In this document: in pieces, positions 27,070 through 37,424 of the stretch | Position numbering within the stretch: the first letter of the stretch is position 1 | Layout: each line of letters begins with the position of its first letter | Assembly: GCA_036149055.1 (NCBI GenBank) | Contig: JAYZQJ010000185.1 | Span: forward strand, 1 to 43,904 | Length of the DNA: 43,904 bases | Direction: 5' to 3' | DNA from: Myxococcota bacterium | GTDB lineage: Bacteria; Myxococcota_A; Polyangia; Polyangiales; Sandaracinaceae | Made by a program: the position numbers and the translations under genes | Notes under the pieces: generated by a model | Seen by the model: the letters and a program-made list of their open reading frames with translations, nothing else | Told to the model about the DNA's origin: nothing | Databases searched by the model: none

Positions 27070-28947
27070 TCAGCTCCGGCGGGCGACGTCGGCGACGAGC
27101 TCGCGCAGGGACGCGCCGTCGAACGGCTTCTCGAGCACCGGCTGCTCGGTCTCGTCGAGGAAGGTGGCCGCGCCGTCGCTGAAGGCCCCGCCCGAGATGA
27201 AGACCATGCGCTCGGCGAGCTCGGCGTGGCGGAGCCGGAGCTCTCGCTCGAGATCCATGCCGCTCATGCGCGGCATCATCAGGTCACAGAGCACCACGTC
27301 GAAGTCGGCGTCGCTCTCGAGGAGGTCGAGCGCGGCGATCCCGCTCTCGACCGCGACGACCGACGCCACCTTGCGCAGCAGCCGGCGCACCGCCTCGCGG
27401 ACGAACTCCTCGTCGTCGACCACGAGCACCCGCGCGAGCGCCTCGTGCTCGCTTCGCCCCGCGCCCTTCGAGGTCGCGACCTCGACCGCGGGCAGCCAGA
27501 TCGAGACGGTCGTGCCGCCGCCTTCGACGGAATCGAGCTCGATCCGCCCGCCGAAGGACTCGACGATGCCGTGCGCGATCGAGAGGCCGAGCCCGCTCCC
27601 CAGCCCGACCGGGCGGGTGGTGAAGAAGGGCTCGAGCGCGCGGCGCGCCACGTCTCGACTCATGCCACATCCGTTGTCGCTCACCTCGATCGAGACGCCC
27701 CCGGGGACCGCGCCGGCGCGGATGGCGATGCGCCCGTCCTGGGCCCCACCCTCCGGCAAGGCCTGAGCCGCGTTCACCAGGACGTTGAGGAGCGCCTGCG
27801 AGAGGCGCTGGTCGTCGCCCACCACCCGCGGCATCGAGCCGATCTCGCGGATGAGCGTCGCGCGGTGGCGGATCTCGTTGTGGGCCATCTCGATGGCGCT
27901 CTTGAGCACCTGCGCCACGTTCACCGGCTCGGTCTTGGGCGGCTCGACGCGCGAGAAGGACTTGAGCCCGCGCACGATGCGACGCACCCGCGCCGCCCCG
28001 GAGCGCGCCTCGCGGACCGCCTGCACCAGCTCCCGCACGTCGGCGGTCGCGTCGAGATCGAGCAGCTCCTCCTCGATCACCTCGAGGTTCGCCATCACGA
28101 ACGCGAGCGGGTTGTTGATCTCGTGGGCGACGCCGCCGGCGAGCGTGCCCACCGACGCCATGCGCTCCGACTGGAGCAGCCGCTCCTGCAGCACGTGGGC
28201 CTCGGTCACGTCCTGGAAGACCCCGAAGATCGCCACGATCTTTCCGTCCGGCGCGTGCTCCGGCCGGCCGACCGAGCGGATGTAACGGAGCTCCCCGTCG
28301 TCGCGGATGAGCCGGCGCACGATGTCGAAGCTCTCGCCTCGCTCCACCGCCGCGGCGACCGCCTCCCAGACCGCCTCGCGATCCTCCGGATGATACGCCT
28401 CGACGCCCTCGCCGAGCGACGGCACGAACGACCCCGGCGCGCGGCCGTGGATCCGGTAGACCTCGTCGGACCAGAAGACGCTCTCCTCTTCGAGGTCGAC
28501 CCGCCAGTGCCCGACGTGGGCCAGCTCTTCGGCGAGCTCCAGGAAGCGAGCGCGCTCGTCGCGCTCCTCACGCCGCTCCCGCAGCGAGGTCACGTCCCTC
28601 GCGGTCGCGTAGACGAGCTCGCCGTGCGGCCGCGCGCTCCACTCGAGCCAGCGATACGAGCCGTCTCGACAGCGGTAGCGGTTCTCGAAGCAGAGGGTCG
28701 TCGCCCCCGCGTTCAGCCGGCTCAGCTCGTCGAGCGTCGCCGCGCGATCCTGAGGATGCACGAACTCGACGAAGGGCGAGGCGCAGAGCTCGGCCACCGA
28801 CCAACCGAGGACCTCGGTCCATCGGGGCGACAGCCAACGGAACACGCCGTCGACGCCCGCGACGCAGAACAGGTCGAGGGACAGCTCCATGAAGCCCTCG
28901 AGGTTCGGCCCGCTCGAGGGTTCGTTCGAATGCACGCTGACGTCCAA
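27070..28947 (-). CDS. Cytoplasmic hybrid histidine kinase (PAS-PAS-HisKA-HATPase-REC)
   Basis: PAS FVHPQDR and YHPEDR, H-box AGGVAHEINNPL, NVLVNA, DNGCG, PFFTT, GSGLGL and REC VLVVDDE...VLCDLMMP...KPF. Start uncertain (28947 TTG, 28935 GTG or 28890 ATG). Confidence 0.92.
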   Translation of the reverse strand: MDVSVHSNEPSSGPNLEGFMELSLDLFCVAGVDGVFRWLSPRWTEVLGWSVAELCASPFVEFVHPQDRAATLDELSRLNAGATTLCFENRYRCRDGSYRWLEWSARPHGELVYATARDVTSLRERREERDERARFLELAEELAHVGHWRVDLEEESVFWSDEVYRIHGRAPGSFVPSLGEGVEAYHPEDREAVWEAVAAAVERGESFDIVRRLIRDDGELRYIRSVGRPEHAPDGKIVAIFGVFQDVTEAHVLQERLLQSERMASVGTLAGGVAHEINNPLAFVMANLEVIEEELLDLDATADVRELVQAVREARSGAARVRRIVRGLKSFSRVEPPKTEPVNVAQVLKSAIEMAHNEIRHRATLIREIGSMPRVVGDDQRLSQALLNVLVNAAQALPEGGAQDGRIAIRAGAVPGGVSIEVSDNGCGMSRDVARRALEPFFTTRPVGLGSGLGLSIAHGIVESFGGRIELDSVEGGGTTVSIWLPAVEVATSKGAGRSEHEALARVLVVDDEEFVREAVRRLLRKVASVVAVESGIAALDLLESDADFDVVLCDLMMPRMSGMDLERELRLRHAELAERMVFISGGAFSDGAATFLDETEQPVLEKPFDGASLRELVADVARRS

Positions 28948-29103
28948 GGGTCCCCACCCTCCGGGCTGACGAGGCCACACGGCCTCCGGGGCGGCAATCG
29001 GCCGGATGGGCGCCCGCTGAACCCCCCTGGGGGGCGGGGGGTGATGCCCGACACCGATTCGGGGGCCGATCGGGGTACCCTGGCGTCACGGAGGATCCCG
29101 AGA

Positions 29104-32100
29104 ATGGCTGATCGGAGCAGAGACACCGAGGGAGAGCGGACGGACGAGACCGCCGAGCTCTCGCTGGGCGAGATCGAGCTGTTCGACCCGCCGACCGACG
29201 AGATCGAGATGCTCGAGGAGATCGACGACGATCCACCGCCGGTGCCGCGCCCCGGGCTCGGCCGCCCGCCGAAGCCGAAGGCGGTGCAGGCGACGACCAC
29301 CCTCCCCGGCGCGGTCCCCGCCACGCCGAGCGCGCCGCCCCCGCCGCCCAGGAACAAGCGGAAGAAGAAGGCGGCGGCGAAGAACCCCAGCCCGCCTCCC
29401 GCGCCCCGGCCGTCCGCGCCGCCCGCCGACGCCCCCGCCGAGCTCGAGGCGCCCGCGCCGCCCGAGCCCGCGCCGATCGACGCGTCCGCGGAGGAGCTGC
29501 GGCGCCTCTGCGAAGAGCAGCTGCGCACCGAGCGCGATCCCGAGCGCAAGGCGCGCCTCTCGTACGAGCTCGGCCGCATCTACGAGGCCGACCTGCGCGA
29601 CGACGGCAAGGCGGCCGAGCACTACCAGGCCACGCTCCGGCACGCGCCCGATCACGCCGCGGCCCTGCGCGGCGCCCGGCGCACCCTCGCCCGGCTCGGC
29701 CGCCACCCCGCCCTCCCCGCGCTCTACGACGCCGAGGCCGCCATCACCCGCGAGCCCACCGCCCGCGCGCGGCTCGTCTACGCGAAGGCGCGGGTGATGG
29801 AGGAGCACCTCCGGCAGACCGGCCCCGCCCTCGCGGCGTACCGCGCCGCGCTCGAGCTCGACCCCGGCAACCTCGTCATCCTCAAGGCGATCGAGCGGGC
29901 GCTGCGCCGCGACAAGGCGTGGGCCGAGCTCGCGGCGGTCTACGAGCAGCTGACCAACGCGGTCGAGGACGCCGCGCTCAAGGCCGCGTGGACCGCAGTG
30001 CGCGCGCAGCTCACCGAGACCAAGCTCGGCGATCCGGTGCAGGCGGCCGCGCTCTACGAGGCCGCGCTCGAGGCCGACCCGCACGCCACCGCCGCGCTCG
30101 CCAACGTGAAGCGCCTCGGGACCGCGCAGAAGCGCTGGCCGCAGCTGGTCGACGCGCTCACCCGCGAGCACGCGCTCACCACCGACGCGCAGACCAAGCT
30201 CGCGATCCTCGCCACGATCGCCCGGATCCGCGAGCGCCGCCTGGGGGACGCGGACGCCGCGGTGGACACCCTCGAGGCGGCGATCGACGGCAGCCCGGGC
30301 GAGGCCGCGCTCCTGCGCGAGCTGGTGCGCCTCCACCGCGCGGCCGGGAGGCACGCGGCCGAGATCGGCGCCCTCACCCGCCTCTACGAGCTGGTGGACG
30401 AGCGGGGTGAGCGCGCCCGGGTCGCGCACCGCACCGCGCAGCTGCACGACCAGATGCTCGGGGACGGCGATCGCGCGGCCCCGTGGTACCAGCGCGCGCT
30501 CGAGGCCGAGCCCGATCACCGCGCCGCCGCCCTCGCCCTCTTCCGCCTCCACGAGGCCCGCGAGCGCTGGACGGACGCGATCGGCGTGCTGCAGGCCCGG
30601 GCCGAGGCGCTGACCGCGCCGCGGGAGCGCGCCGAGCTGCACCACCGGATCGGCGCCCTGCTGGAGCGCGAGCTCGAGCAGCCCGAGGAGGCCGCCGCCC
30701 ACCACGCCCGCGCGCTCGGGCTCGCGCCCGATCACCACGACGCCTTCGAGGATCTCGCGCGCCTCCACGCGAGCGCCGGCCGGTGGCGCGAGCTGGCCGA
30801 GCTCTACGAGCGCGCGATCGACCGCGCCGCGAACGACGCCGAGGCGATCGCCTGGCTCTTCCGGCTCGGCGGCGTGCTCGAGGACCGCCTCGACGACGCC
30901 GAGGGCGCGCTCGCCGCCTACGCGCGGATCCTGGAGCGCGACGGCGATCACCTCGGCGCGCTCCACGCGAGCGCCCGCGCCGCCGAGCGCGCCGGGCAGC
31001 CGGCCCGCGCGGTCGAGGTGCTGGAGAAGCAAGCCTCGCTCGCCGCGCCCGGACCCCGGCGCGCCGCCCTCCTCCACCGCGCCGCCACCCTCACCGCGGA
31101 CGCGCTCGGGGACGCCTCCGCGGCCAGCCGCGCGCTCGAGGCGCTGACCGAGCAGAGCCCCGACCACCTCCCGAGCCTCGAGACGCTCGCCCGCCTCTAC
31201 GCCGACGGCGGGCAGTGGGACGCGCTCGACCGCGTGTACGGCCGCCTCCTGCCGCTGGTGGGATCGGCGCGCGAGCAGGTGCGCCTCCACCTCCGCCGCG
31301 GCGACCTCCGCGAGACCCAGCTGGGCGACGACGGCGGCGCCATCGACGCCTACGCCGAGGCGCTCCAGCTCGACCCCGACTGCGACGCGGCGCGGGAGGC
31401 GCGCATCGCCGCCCTCACCCGGGCCGAGCGCTGGAGCGATCTCTCCGCCGCCCTGCTCGAGCGCATCGGGCGCCTCACCGAGGCCGGCGAGCGCGCCCGC
31501 GCCTGGACCGAGCTCGGGGAGCTCCGCGAGGAGCGGCAGGGCGACCGCGACGGCGCGCTCGAGGCGTACGAGAAGGCGCTCGAGGCGATGCCGCTGCACC
31601 GCCCCGCGCTCGACGCCCGCGAGCGGCTCCTCACCGACGCCGGCGAGCCGACGCGGCTGGCGCAGGTGCTGGGCGAGGAGGCCGAGCGCCTCGACGATCC
31701 GTTCCTCGAATCGCAAGCCGCCCTGCGCGCGGCGCTCCTGCTCTCGGAGCAGGGCGCGGCCAACGCGGCGCTCGACGCCTTCCGGCCGGTCTTCGCCAAG
31801 AAGCCGGAGCACGTCGGCGCCCTCCTCGCCGTCGAGGAGATCTACGCGCGCACCCGCGACGACGCCGGGCTCGCGGCGACCTACGAGAAGATGGCCGAGG
31901 TGCTCGCCGATCCGAAGGCGAAGCTCGCCGCCCTGTCGGAGCTCGCGCGCGTGCGGGCCGCCACCGACCAGGAGGTCACCTCGGTCCGCCGCCGGATCCT
32001 GAAGCTCGCGGGCGACGACGCGGCCGCGCTCGAGGCGCTCGCCGAGGCCGCCGAGAAGGCGGGCGAGAAGGACACCGCCCTCGCCATGCAGGCGCGGCTC

Positions 32101-34356
32101 GCCTCCACCTCGAGCGACCCGCGGGTCGGCGCGCATCACCAGAGCCGGGTGGGCGCGATGCTGCTCGACGAGGGCGACGCCCAGGGCGCCCTCGCCGCCT
32201 TCCGCGCCGCCCTCGCGCTCGACCCGCAGAGCCTCACCGCCGCACGCGGGCTGACCCGCGCGGCCCGGCTCGCGCAGAGCGCCGAGGCGCTGCGGGCCGC
32301 CGCCAAGCACGAGTCCGAGATCACCCGCGACCGCGACCTCGCCGTGGGCCTCCTGCTCGAGGCGGCGCGCATCGCCCACGAGTCGGGCGAAGGAGAGGCC
32401 TCGGCCGCCGACTTCGAGCGGGCGCTCGCCATCGACCCGGAGAACGTCGACGCGGCCGCCGGGCTGGTGTCGATGTTGATCGGCCTCCAGCAGTTCGAGC
32501 GGCTGGTCGAGCTGCTGACCCGGGCGGCCCACGCGGCGAAGGACCCGAGCCGGATCGCGGCCCTGCACCTCGAGGTCGCGCGGCTTCAGGCGGAGGCGAG
32601 GCGCGATCTGCCCGCCGCCGTCGCCGCCGCGCAGCGCGCCCTCGACGCGGTGCCGAACGATCAGCGGGCCCAGGCCCAGCTCGCCCTTCATCTCGAGCAG
32701 AACGGGCAGTGGGAGGAGGCGGCGGCCGCGCTCGAGCGGGTCATCGCCAAGGCGAAGGAGAGCGCCCTGGTCGACGCGCACCTCCGCCTCGCCCGCATCG
32801 CGGAGAAGCGCCTCGGCGACGCCGACCGGGCCATCCGATCGCTGCGCGCGGTGCTCGCCCGGGACGAGGAGAGCGAGGAGGCCCTGGCCGCGCTGGTCCG
32901 CCTCGAGCGGGCGAAGGGCCGGGACGAGGAGGCGCTGCGCCTCGCCAAGAAGCTCATCTCGGTCGTCTCCGATCCCAACCGGAAGGCCGAGACCCTCGCC
33001 GAGCTGGCCGAGCTCGAGCGGGCGCGCGGGGAGGGAGCCGCCGCGGCCGCCCACGCGATGGGCGCGGTCGGCATCCAGGGCCCGAACGGCGCCGGCGCGC
33101 GCGTCTACAAGGGCCTGGTCGCCGACGCGCCCGAGCACGCGAGCTGGGATCACTACGCGACCGCGCTCATGGGCTACCTCGAGTCGGCCCGGGCCCTCGG
33201 CGGCGACGTCGCCGCGACCTACCTCGAGATCGCGAAGGTCCAGGGCGAGGCGCTCAACCGGCCCGACCGCGCGATCAACATCCTCCGCGAGGGCGTGGAG
33301 GCCTGCCCCGACGACGAGGCGGTGGCGCTCACCCTCGTGCGCGCGCTGCAGGGCGTCGACGCGACCGACAAGGCGATCGCCGAGCTGCGGCGCATCCTCG
33401 CGGTGAACGTGCGGCGCCCGCGGGCGTGGCGCGCGATGGCGGACGCGGTGCGCAAGAACGGCGAGCCCGACGGCGCCGCGGTGGTGCTCGCGCCGCTGGT
33501 GGCGATGAGCGAGGCGACCGACGACGAGACCCGCACCGTCACCTCGCGCCAGCTCCGGGTCGCGGTCGCGCCGCCGGGCATCCTCGGCGAGCAGGGGCTG
33601 GAGCAGCTCGCCGACGGCGCGGTCCTCCGGACGACGGCGGCGCAGCTCCTCGCGGCGCTCGACGACGTCTTCGGCAAGCTCGAAGGCGTCGACCTCGAGC
33701 GCTGGGGCGTGAGCAAGCGCGACCGGCTCCGTCAGGGCGATGGCCACCCGCTGCGCGCCTACGTCGATCGCGTCGGCGCGATCTTCGGCGTCCCCGAGGT
33801 CGACGTCTACGAGGTCGACGACAGCCGGCTCGACCGCGCGACCGTGCTCGCGGGCAGCCCCCCGGCGCTCCTCGTGCCGGCCCGGGTGGCCAACGCGCGC
33901 GACCCGGTGCTGGCCTTCCACCTCGCCCGCCCGCTCGCGCTCCTGAGCCGGCACCTCCACCCGCTCGACGCGGTGCCGGACGACACGACCACCCACCTGC
34001 TGGTCGGCACGGCCCGGCAGTTCGATCCGACCTTCGTCGTCGCCGGGCTCGACGAGTCTCTGCTCGACGTGGAGACCAAGCGCGTCGGCAAGGCGATCGG
34101 CTTCTTCAGCCGCGGCCGCATCCAGGACGCGGCGACCTCGTTCGCCGCCGACCCGACGCGCGACCTCCGGGCGTGGGCGACGAGCGCGCGCCGCATGGCC
34201 GCCCGGGCCGCGCTCCTGGTCTGCGACGATCTGCTCGCCGCGATCGAGGCCCTCGGCGAGGACCTCGGCCCGGACAACACCGCGAGCGACCTCGCCCGCT
34301 TCTGGGTCTCGGACCCGGCGTTCCGCTTCCGCCGGGCGGTGGCCTCACGAATCTGA
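29104..34356 (+). CDS. Giant (1750 aa) tetratricopeptide-repeat protein, myxobacterial type
   Basis: Acidic and Pro-rich N-terminus, then dozens of TPR-like units (A...Y..AL..DP....A...L.RL....RW.EL). Strong GC3 only from ATG 29104; the upstream part of track ORF 27043.. is antisense to the kinase. Confidence 0.88.
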   Translation: MADRSRDTEGERTDETAELSLGEIELFDPPTDEIEMLEEIDDDPPPVPRPGLGRPPKPKAVQATTTLPGAVPATPSAPPPPPRNKRKKKAAAKNPSPPPAPRPSAPPADAPAELEAPAPPEPAPIDASAEELRRLCEEQLRTERDPERKARLSYELGRIYEADLRDDGKAAEHYQATLRHAPDHAAALRGARRTLARLGRHPALPALYDAEAAITREPTARARLVYAKARVMEEHLRQTGPALAAYRAALELDPGNLVILKAIERALRRDKAWAELAAVYEQLTNAVEDAALKAAWTAVRAQLTETKLGDPVQAAALYEAALEADPHATAALANVKRLGTAQKRWPQLVDALTREHALTTDAQTKLAILATIARIRERRLGDADAAVDTLEAAIDGSPGEAALLRELVRLHRAAGRHAAEIGALTRLYELVDERGERARVAHRTAQLHDQMLGDGDRAAPWYQRALEAEPDHRAAALALFRLHEARERWTDAIGVLQARAEALTAPRERAELHHRIGALLERELEQPEEAAAHHARALGLAPDHHDAFEDLARLHASAGRWRELAELYERAIDRAANDAEAIAWLFRLGGVLEDRLDDAEGALAAYARILERDGDHLGALHASARAAERAGQPARAVEVLEKQASLAAPGPRRAALLHRAATLTADALGDASAASRALEALTEQSPDHLPSLETLARLYADGGQWDALDRVYGRLLPLVGSAREQVRLHLRRGDLRETQLGDDGGAIDAYAEALQLDPDCDAAREARIAALTRAERWSDLSAALLERIGRLTEAGERARAWTELGELREERQGDRDGALEAYEKALEAMPLHRPALDARERLLTDAGEPTRLAQVLGEEAERLDDPFLESQAALRAALLLSEQGAANAALDAFRPVFAKKPEHVGALLAVEEIYARTRDDAGLAATYEKMAEVLADPKAKLAALSELARVRAATDQEVTSVRRRILKLAGDDAAALEALAEAAEKAGEKDTALAMQARLASTSSDPRVGAHHQSRVGAMLLDEGDAQGALAAFRAALALDPQSLTAARGLTRAARLAQSAEALRAAAKHESEITRDRDLAVGLLLEAARIAHESGEGEASAADFERALAIDPENVDAAAGLVSMLIGLQQFERLVELLTRAAHAAKDPSRIAALHLEVARLQAEARRDLPAAVAAAQRALDAVPNDQRAQAQLALHLEQNGQWEEAAAALERVIAKAKESALVDAHLRLARIAEKRLGDADRAIRSLRAVLARDEESEEALAALVRLERAKGRDEEALRLAKKLISVVSDPNRKAETLAELAELERARGEGAAAAAHAMGAVGIQGPNGAGARVYKGLVADAPEHASWDHYATALMGYLESARALGGDVAATYLEIAKVQGEALNRPDRAINILREGVEACPDDEAVALTLVRALQGVDATDKAIAELRRILAVNVRRPRAWRAMADAVRKNGEPDGAAVVLAPLVAMSEATDDETRTVTSRQLRVAVAPPGILGEQGLEQLADGAVLRTTAAQLLAALDDVFGKLEGVDLERWGVSKRDRLRQGDGHPLRAYVDRVGAIFGVPEVDVYEVDDSRLDRATVLAGSPPALLVPARVANARDPVLAFHLARPLALLSRHLHPLDAVPDDTTTHLLVGTARQFDPTFVVAGLDESLLDVETKRVGKAIGFFSRGRIQDAATSFAADPTRDLRAWATSARRMAARAALLVCDDLLAAIEALGEDLGPDNTASDLARFWVSDPAFRFRRAVASRI

Positions 34357-36195
34357 GGACGCCCAGTCCACCCGGTCGAGGGCGCGGGTCCGGATCCGCT
34401 CGAGCAGATCCTTCTCGAACTCGTCGAGCGACACGGTCACCTGATCCCGCGAGCCGTAGCGGCGCACGGTGACGGTGCCGTCCTCCTGCTCGCGCTCGCC
34501 GACGACGAGCACGTTGGGGATCTTGCGCGTGACCGCGTTGCGGATCTTCTTGCCCATCGTCTCGCTGGACTCGTCGAAGACCGCGCGCACGAAGTGGCGG
34601 CGCAGCCGGGCCACGATGTCCTCGCCGTAGGCGCGGAACTGATCGCTGACCGTCAGCACCTGCACCTGGGTCGGCGCGAGCCAGGTGGGGAACGCGCCCC
34701 CGAAGTGCTCGATGAGGAACGCGACCATGCGCTCGTGGGTGCTCGCCGGCGCGCGGTGGATGCAGAACGGGTGGTGCTCGGCGTTGTCGGCGCCGCGGTA
34801 CACGAGGCCGAGGCGCTGCGGCACCGCGAAGTCGAGCTGGTTGGTGCTCACCGTCTCTTCGCGGCCGGTCACCGTCTTGAGCTGCACGTCGATCTTCGGG
34901 CCGTAGAACGCCGCCTCGCCCTTCACCTCGACGAAGGGCAGGCCGCTCTTCTCCATGGCCGCGCGCATGTGGCGCTCGCTCACCGCCCACGCCTCGGGGT
35001 TGTCGACGTACTTCTGCTTGCCCTTCGGGTCCTCGGGGTCCCAGGTCGAGAAGCGGAAGTAGTAGTCGGTGAGGCCGAGCGTCTCGTAGAGCCGCTCGAT
35101 CATGCGCATCACCTTGAGGAACTCCTCCTCGATCTGCTCCTCGGTGCAGTAGATGTGCGCGTCGTTCATGCAGAAGCCGCGCACCCGGAGCAGGCCGCTG
35201 AGCGCACCCGAGTCCTCGTAGCGGTAGACCTGCCCGTACTCGGCGAGCCGGAGCGGGAGATCGCGGTAGCTGCGCAGCTGGGCGCCGAACACCCGGTGAT
35301 GGTGCGGGCAGTTCATCGGGCGGAGCGCGTAGGTCTCGCGGACCTCCTCGTGTGCGCCCGACTCGTCCTCGACCTTCTCCTTGAGCTCGAGGAACGGGTA
35401 CATGTGCTCGCCGTAGAGCGGCAGGTGACCGGTCTGGTAGTAGAGCTCGGTCTTGGCGAGCTGCGGGGTCGCGACCCGGTCGTAGCCGTCCTGGAACTCG
35501 AGCTCGCGCAGGTACTTCTCGAGCTCGTCGCGCAGCACGGTGCCGTTGGGGAGCCAGAGCGGCAGGCCCTTGCCGATGACGTCGTCGATGACGAAGTAGT
35601 CGAGCTCGCGGTTGAGCTTCTTGTGGTCGCGCGCGAGGGCCTCCTTGTAGGCCTTCACGTGCGTCTCGAGCTCCTCCTTGCTCTCGAACGCCCACGCGTA
35701 GATGCGGGTCATCATCGCGTTGTCGCTGTCGCCTCGCCAGTAGGCTCCGGCGACGCTGCGCAGCTTGAACGCGCCCTTCGGCAGCTGGCGGGTGCTCTCG
35801 ACGTGCGGCCCGTCGCACATGTCGAGGAAGGGCCCGTTCCGGTAGAACGTGAGGGTGTCGAGGCCCTTCTTGTCGACGAGCTCCTGCGCGTACTCGCGCT
35901 TGTAGGGCTCGCCCATCTCGTCGATGCGCGCCAGGGCCTCGTCCTTCGCGAGCTCCTCGCGCTCGAACTTCTGCCCCGACTTGATGATCTGCTTCATCTT
36001 CTTCTCGAGCGCGGGGAAGTCGTCTTCCGTCAGCGGCTCGGAGAGGATGAAGTCGTAGTAGAAGCCGTCGTCGATCGGCGGGCCGAAGCCCAAGGTCGAT
36101 CCGGGGCGCAGCTCGAGGACCGCCTGCGCGAGCACGTGCGCGAGGCTGTGGCGGATGCGGTGGAGCCGGTCGTCGCTCTTGTCGTGGTCTTCCAT
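34345..36195 (-). CDS. thrS: Threonine--tRNA ligase
   Basis: RHSLAHVLAQAV, GPPIDDGFYYDF, DMCDGPHV, GAYWRGD, RPMNCPHH, RYEDSG.L.GLLRVR, AAFYGPKID and FPTWLAPTQV. Confidence 0.96.
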   Translation of the reverse strand: MEDHDKSDDRLHRIRHSLAHVLAQAVLELRPGSTLGFGPPIDDGFYYDFILSEPLTEDDFPALEKKMKQIIKSGQKFEREELAKDEALARIDEMGEPYKREYAQELVDKKGLDTLTFYRNGPFLDMCDGPHVESTRQLPKGAFKLRSVAGAYWRGDSDNAMMTRIYAWAFESKEELETHVKAYKEALARDHKKLNRELDYFVIDDVIGKGLPLWLPNGTVLRDELEKYLRELEFQDGYDRVATPQLAKTELYYQTGHLPLYGEHMYPFLELKEKVEDESGAHEEVRETYALRPMNCPHHHRVFGAQLRSYRDLPLRLAEYGQVYRYEDSGALSGLLRVRGFCMNDAHIYCTEEQIEEEFLKVMRMIERLYETLGLTDYYFRFSTWDPEDPKGKQKYVDNPEAWAVSERHMRAAMEKSGLPFVEVKGEAAFYGPKIDVQLKTVTGREETVSTNQLDFAVPQRLGLVYRGADNAEHHPFCIHRAPASTHERMVAFLIEHFGGAFPTWLAPTQVQVLTVSDQFRAYGEDIVARLRRHFVRAVFDESSETMGKKIRNAVTRKIPNVLVVGEREQEDGTVTVRRYGSRDQVTVSLDEFEKDLLERIRTRALDRVDWASSDS

Positions 36196-36262
36196 GACGG
36201 GGGCGGAGCATGGCACGCGGGGCCCCATCCGTCCTCCCTCGAAGCAGGCTAGAGTGCGGCCC

Positions 36263-37354
36263 ATGGCCAACCGGACGATGAACTTCTACGCAGGCCCCGC
36301 GGCCCTCCCCCTCGCGGCCCTCGAGCGCGCCCAGCGCGAGCTGACCGACTTCCAGGGCACGGGCATGTCCATCATGGAGCACAGCCACCGGGGCCCGGCC
36401 TACGAGGCGGTGCATCAGGAGGCCATCGCGCTCCTCCGCGAGCTCGTCGGCATCGGCGACGAGTTCCACGTGCTGCTGCTCCAGGGCGGCGCGCGGCAGC
36501 AGTTCGCCATGATCCCGATGAACCTCCTCCGCGCCGGGCGGAGCGCGGACTACGTCGTGACCGGCAACTGGGCGAAGCAGGCCCTGTCCGAGGCGAAGCT
36601 CGTCGGCCAGGCCCGCGCCGCCGCGGACACCGAGGCGGACGGCACCTTCGTGCGGGTCCCGGCGCAGGACGAGCTGGAGCTCGACCCCGACGCCGCCTAC
36701 GTGCACATCACCAGCAACAACACGCTCTACGGGACGCAGTGGCACCGCTACCCGGACACCGGCGACGTGCCGCTGATCGCGGACATGACGAGCGACCTGC
36801 TGAGCCGCCCGATCGACCCGAGCCGCTTCGGCGCCTTCTACGCGGGGGCTCAGAAGAACGTCGGCCCGGCCGGGGTGACGGTGGTCGTGGTGCGCAAGGA
36901 CCTCGTGGACGGCGCGCGCGAGGACATCCCCGCCGTCTTCCGCTGGGCGTCCCACGCCGAGAAGGACTCGCTCTGGAACACGCCCCCGACCTTCCCCATC
37001 TACATGATGCGAAACACGCTCGCGGTGCTGAAGGAGTGGGGCGGCGCGGCCGGCCTCGCGGAACGTAACCAGCGGAAAGCGGACCTCGTGTACGGGACCG
37101 TCGATTCGCTGTCGGACTTCTACCGATGCCCGGTCGAGGAGGGGTCGCGCTCGATCATGAACGCGGTCTTCCGGCTGCCGAGCGAGGCGCTCGAGAAGCG
37201 CTTCGTCGCCGAGGCCGCCGAGGCCGGAATGCTGGGCGTGAAGGGCCACCGCAAGGTCGGCGGCATCCGGATCAGCATGTACAACGCGGTGGAGCAGGCC
37301 TGGATCGAGCGCCTCGTGGACTTCATGCGCGCGTTCGCGAAGAATCACGGGTGA
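36263..37354 (+). CDS. serC: Phosphoserine aminotransferase
   Basis: NFYAGPAALP, MEHSHR, LQGGA..QF, SNNT.YG, ADMTSD, YAGAQKNVGPAG, NTPP and GHR.VGGIRIS.YNA. Confidence 0.95.
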   Translation: MANRTMNFYAGPAALPLAALERAQRELTDFQGTGMSIMEHSHRGPAYEAVHQEAIALLRELVGIGDEFHVLLLQGGARQQFAMIPMNLLRAGRSADYVVTGNWAKQALSEAKLVGQARAAADTEADGTFVRVPAQDELELDPDAAYVHITSNNTLYGTQWHRYPDTGDVPLIADMTSDLLSRPIDPSRFGAFYAGAQKNVGPAGVTVVVVRKDLVDGAREDIPAVFRWASHAEKDSLWNTPPTFPIYMMRNTLAVLKEWGGAAGLAERNQRKADLVYGTVDSLSDFYRCPVEEGSRSIMNAVFRLPSEALEKRFVAEAAEAGMLGVKGHRKVGGIRISMYNAVEQAWIERLVDFMRAFAKNHG

Positions 37355-37374
37355 GCCGCGGCAACTTTCCACAT

Positions 37375-37403
37375 TTGACGGCATCTCGCAGTATATGTAG
37401 AGT
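37375..37403 (+). promoter_or_regulatory. Candidate sigma70 promoter of the FIST gene
   Basis: TTGACG (37375-37380), 17-nt spacer, TAGAGT (37398-37403) in an AT-richer intergenic patch; GGAGGA RBS before ATG 37425. Confidence 0.55.
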
Positions 37404-37424
37404 CGAGTCCTCCCCGGAGGACCC

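Noticed and set aside
27043..29103. First ~690 codons of the 2437-aa track ORF
   Set aside because: They are the antisense shadow of the hybrid kinase, and the real TPR gene starts at about 29104.
29086..34472. Very long alternative ORFs (29086..33996 -, 30483..34472 +, and similarly 34106..37483 -, 39933..43898 -, 1635..4313 -)
   Set aside because: They are stop-poor shadow frames expected at very high GC. They overlap well-supported genes and give Arg/Gly/Pro-rich sequence with no motifs.
36211..36225. TGGCACG between thrS and serC as a sigma54 promoter
   Set aside because: There is no GC at the -12 position with the required 10-nt spacing.
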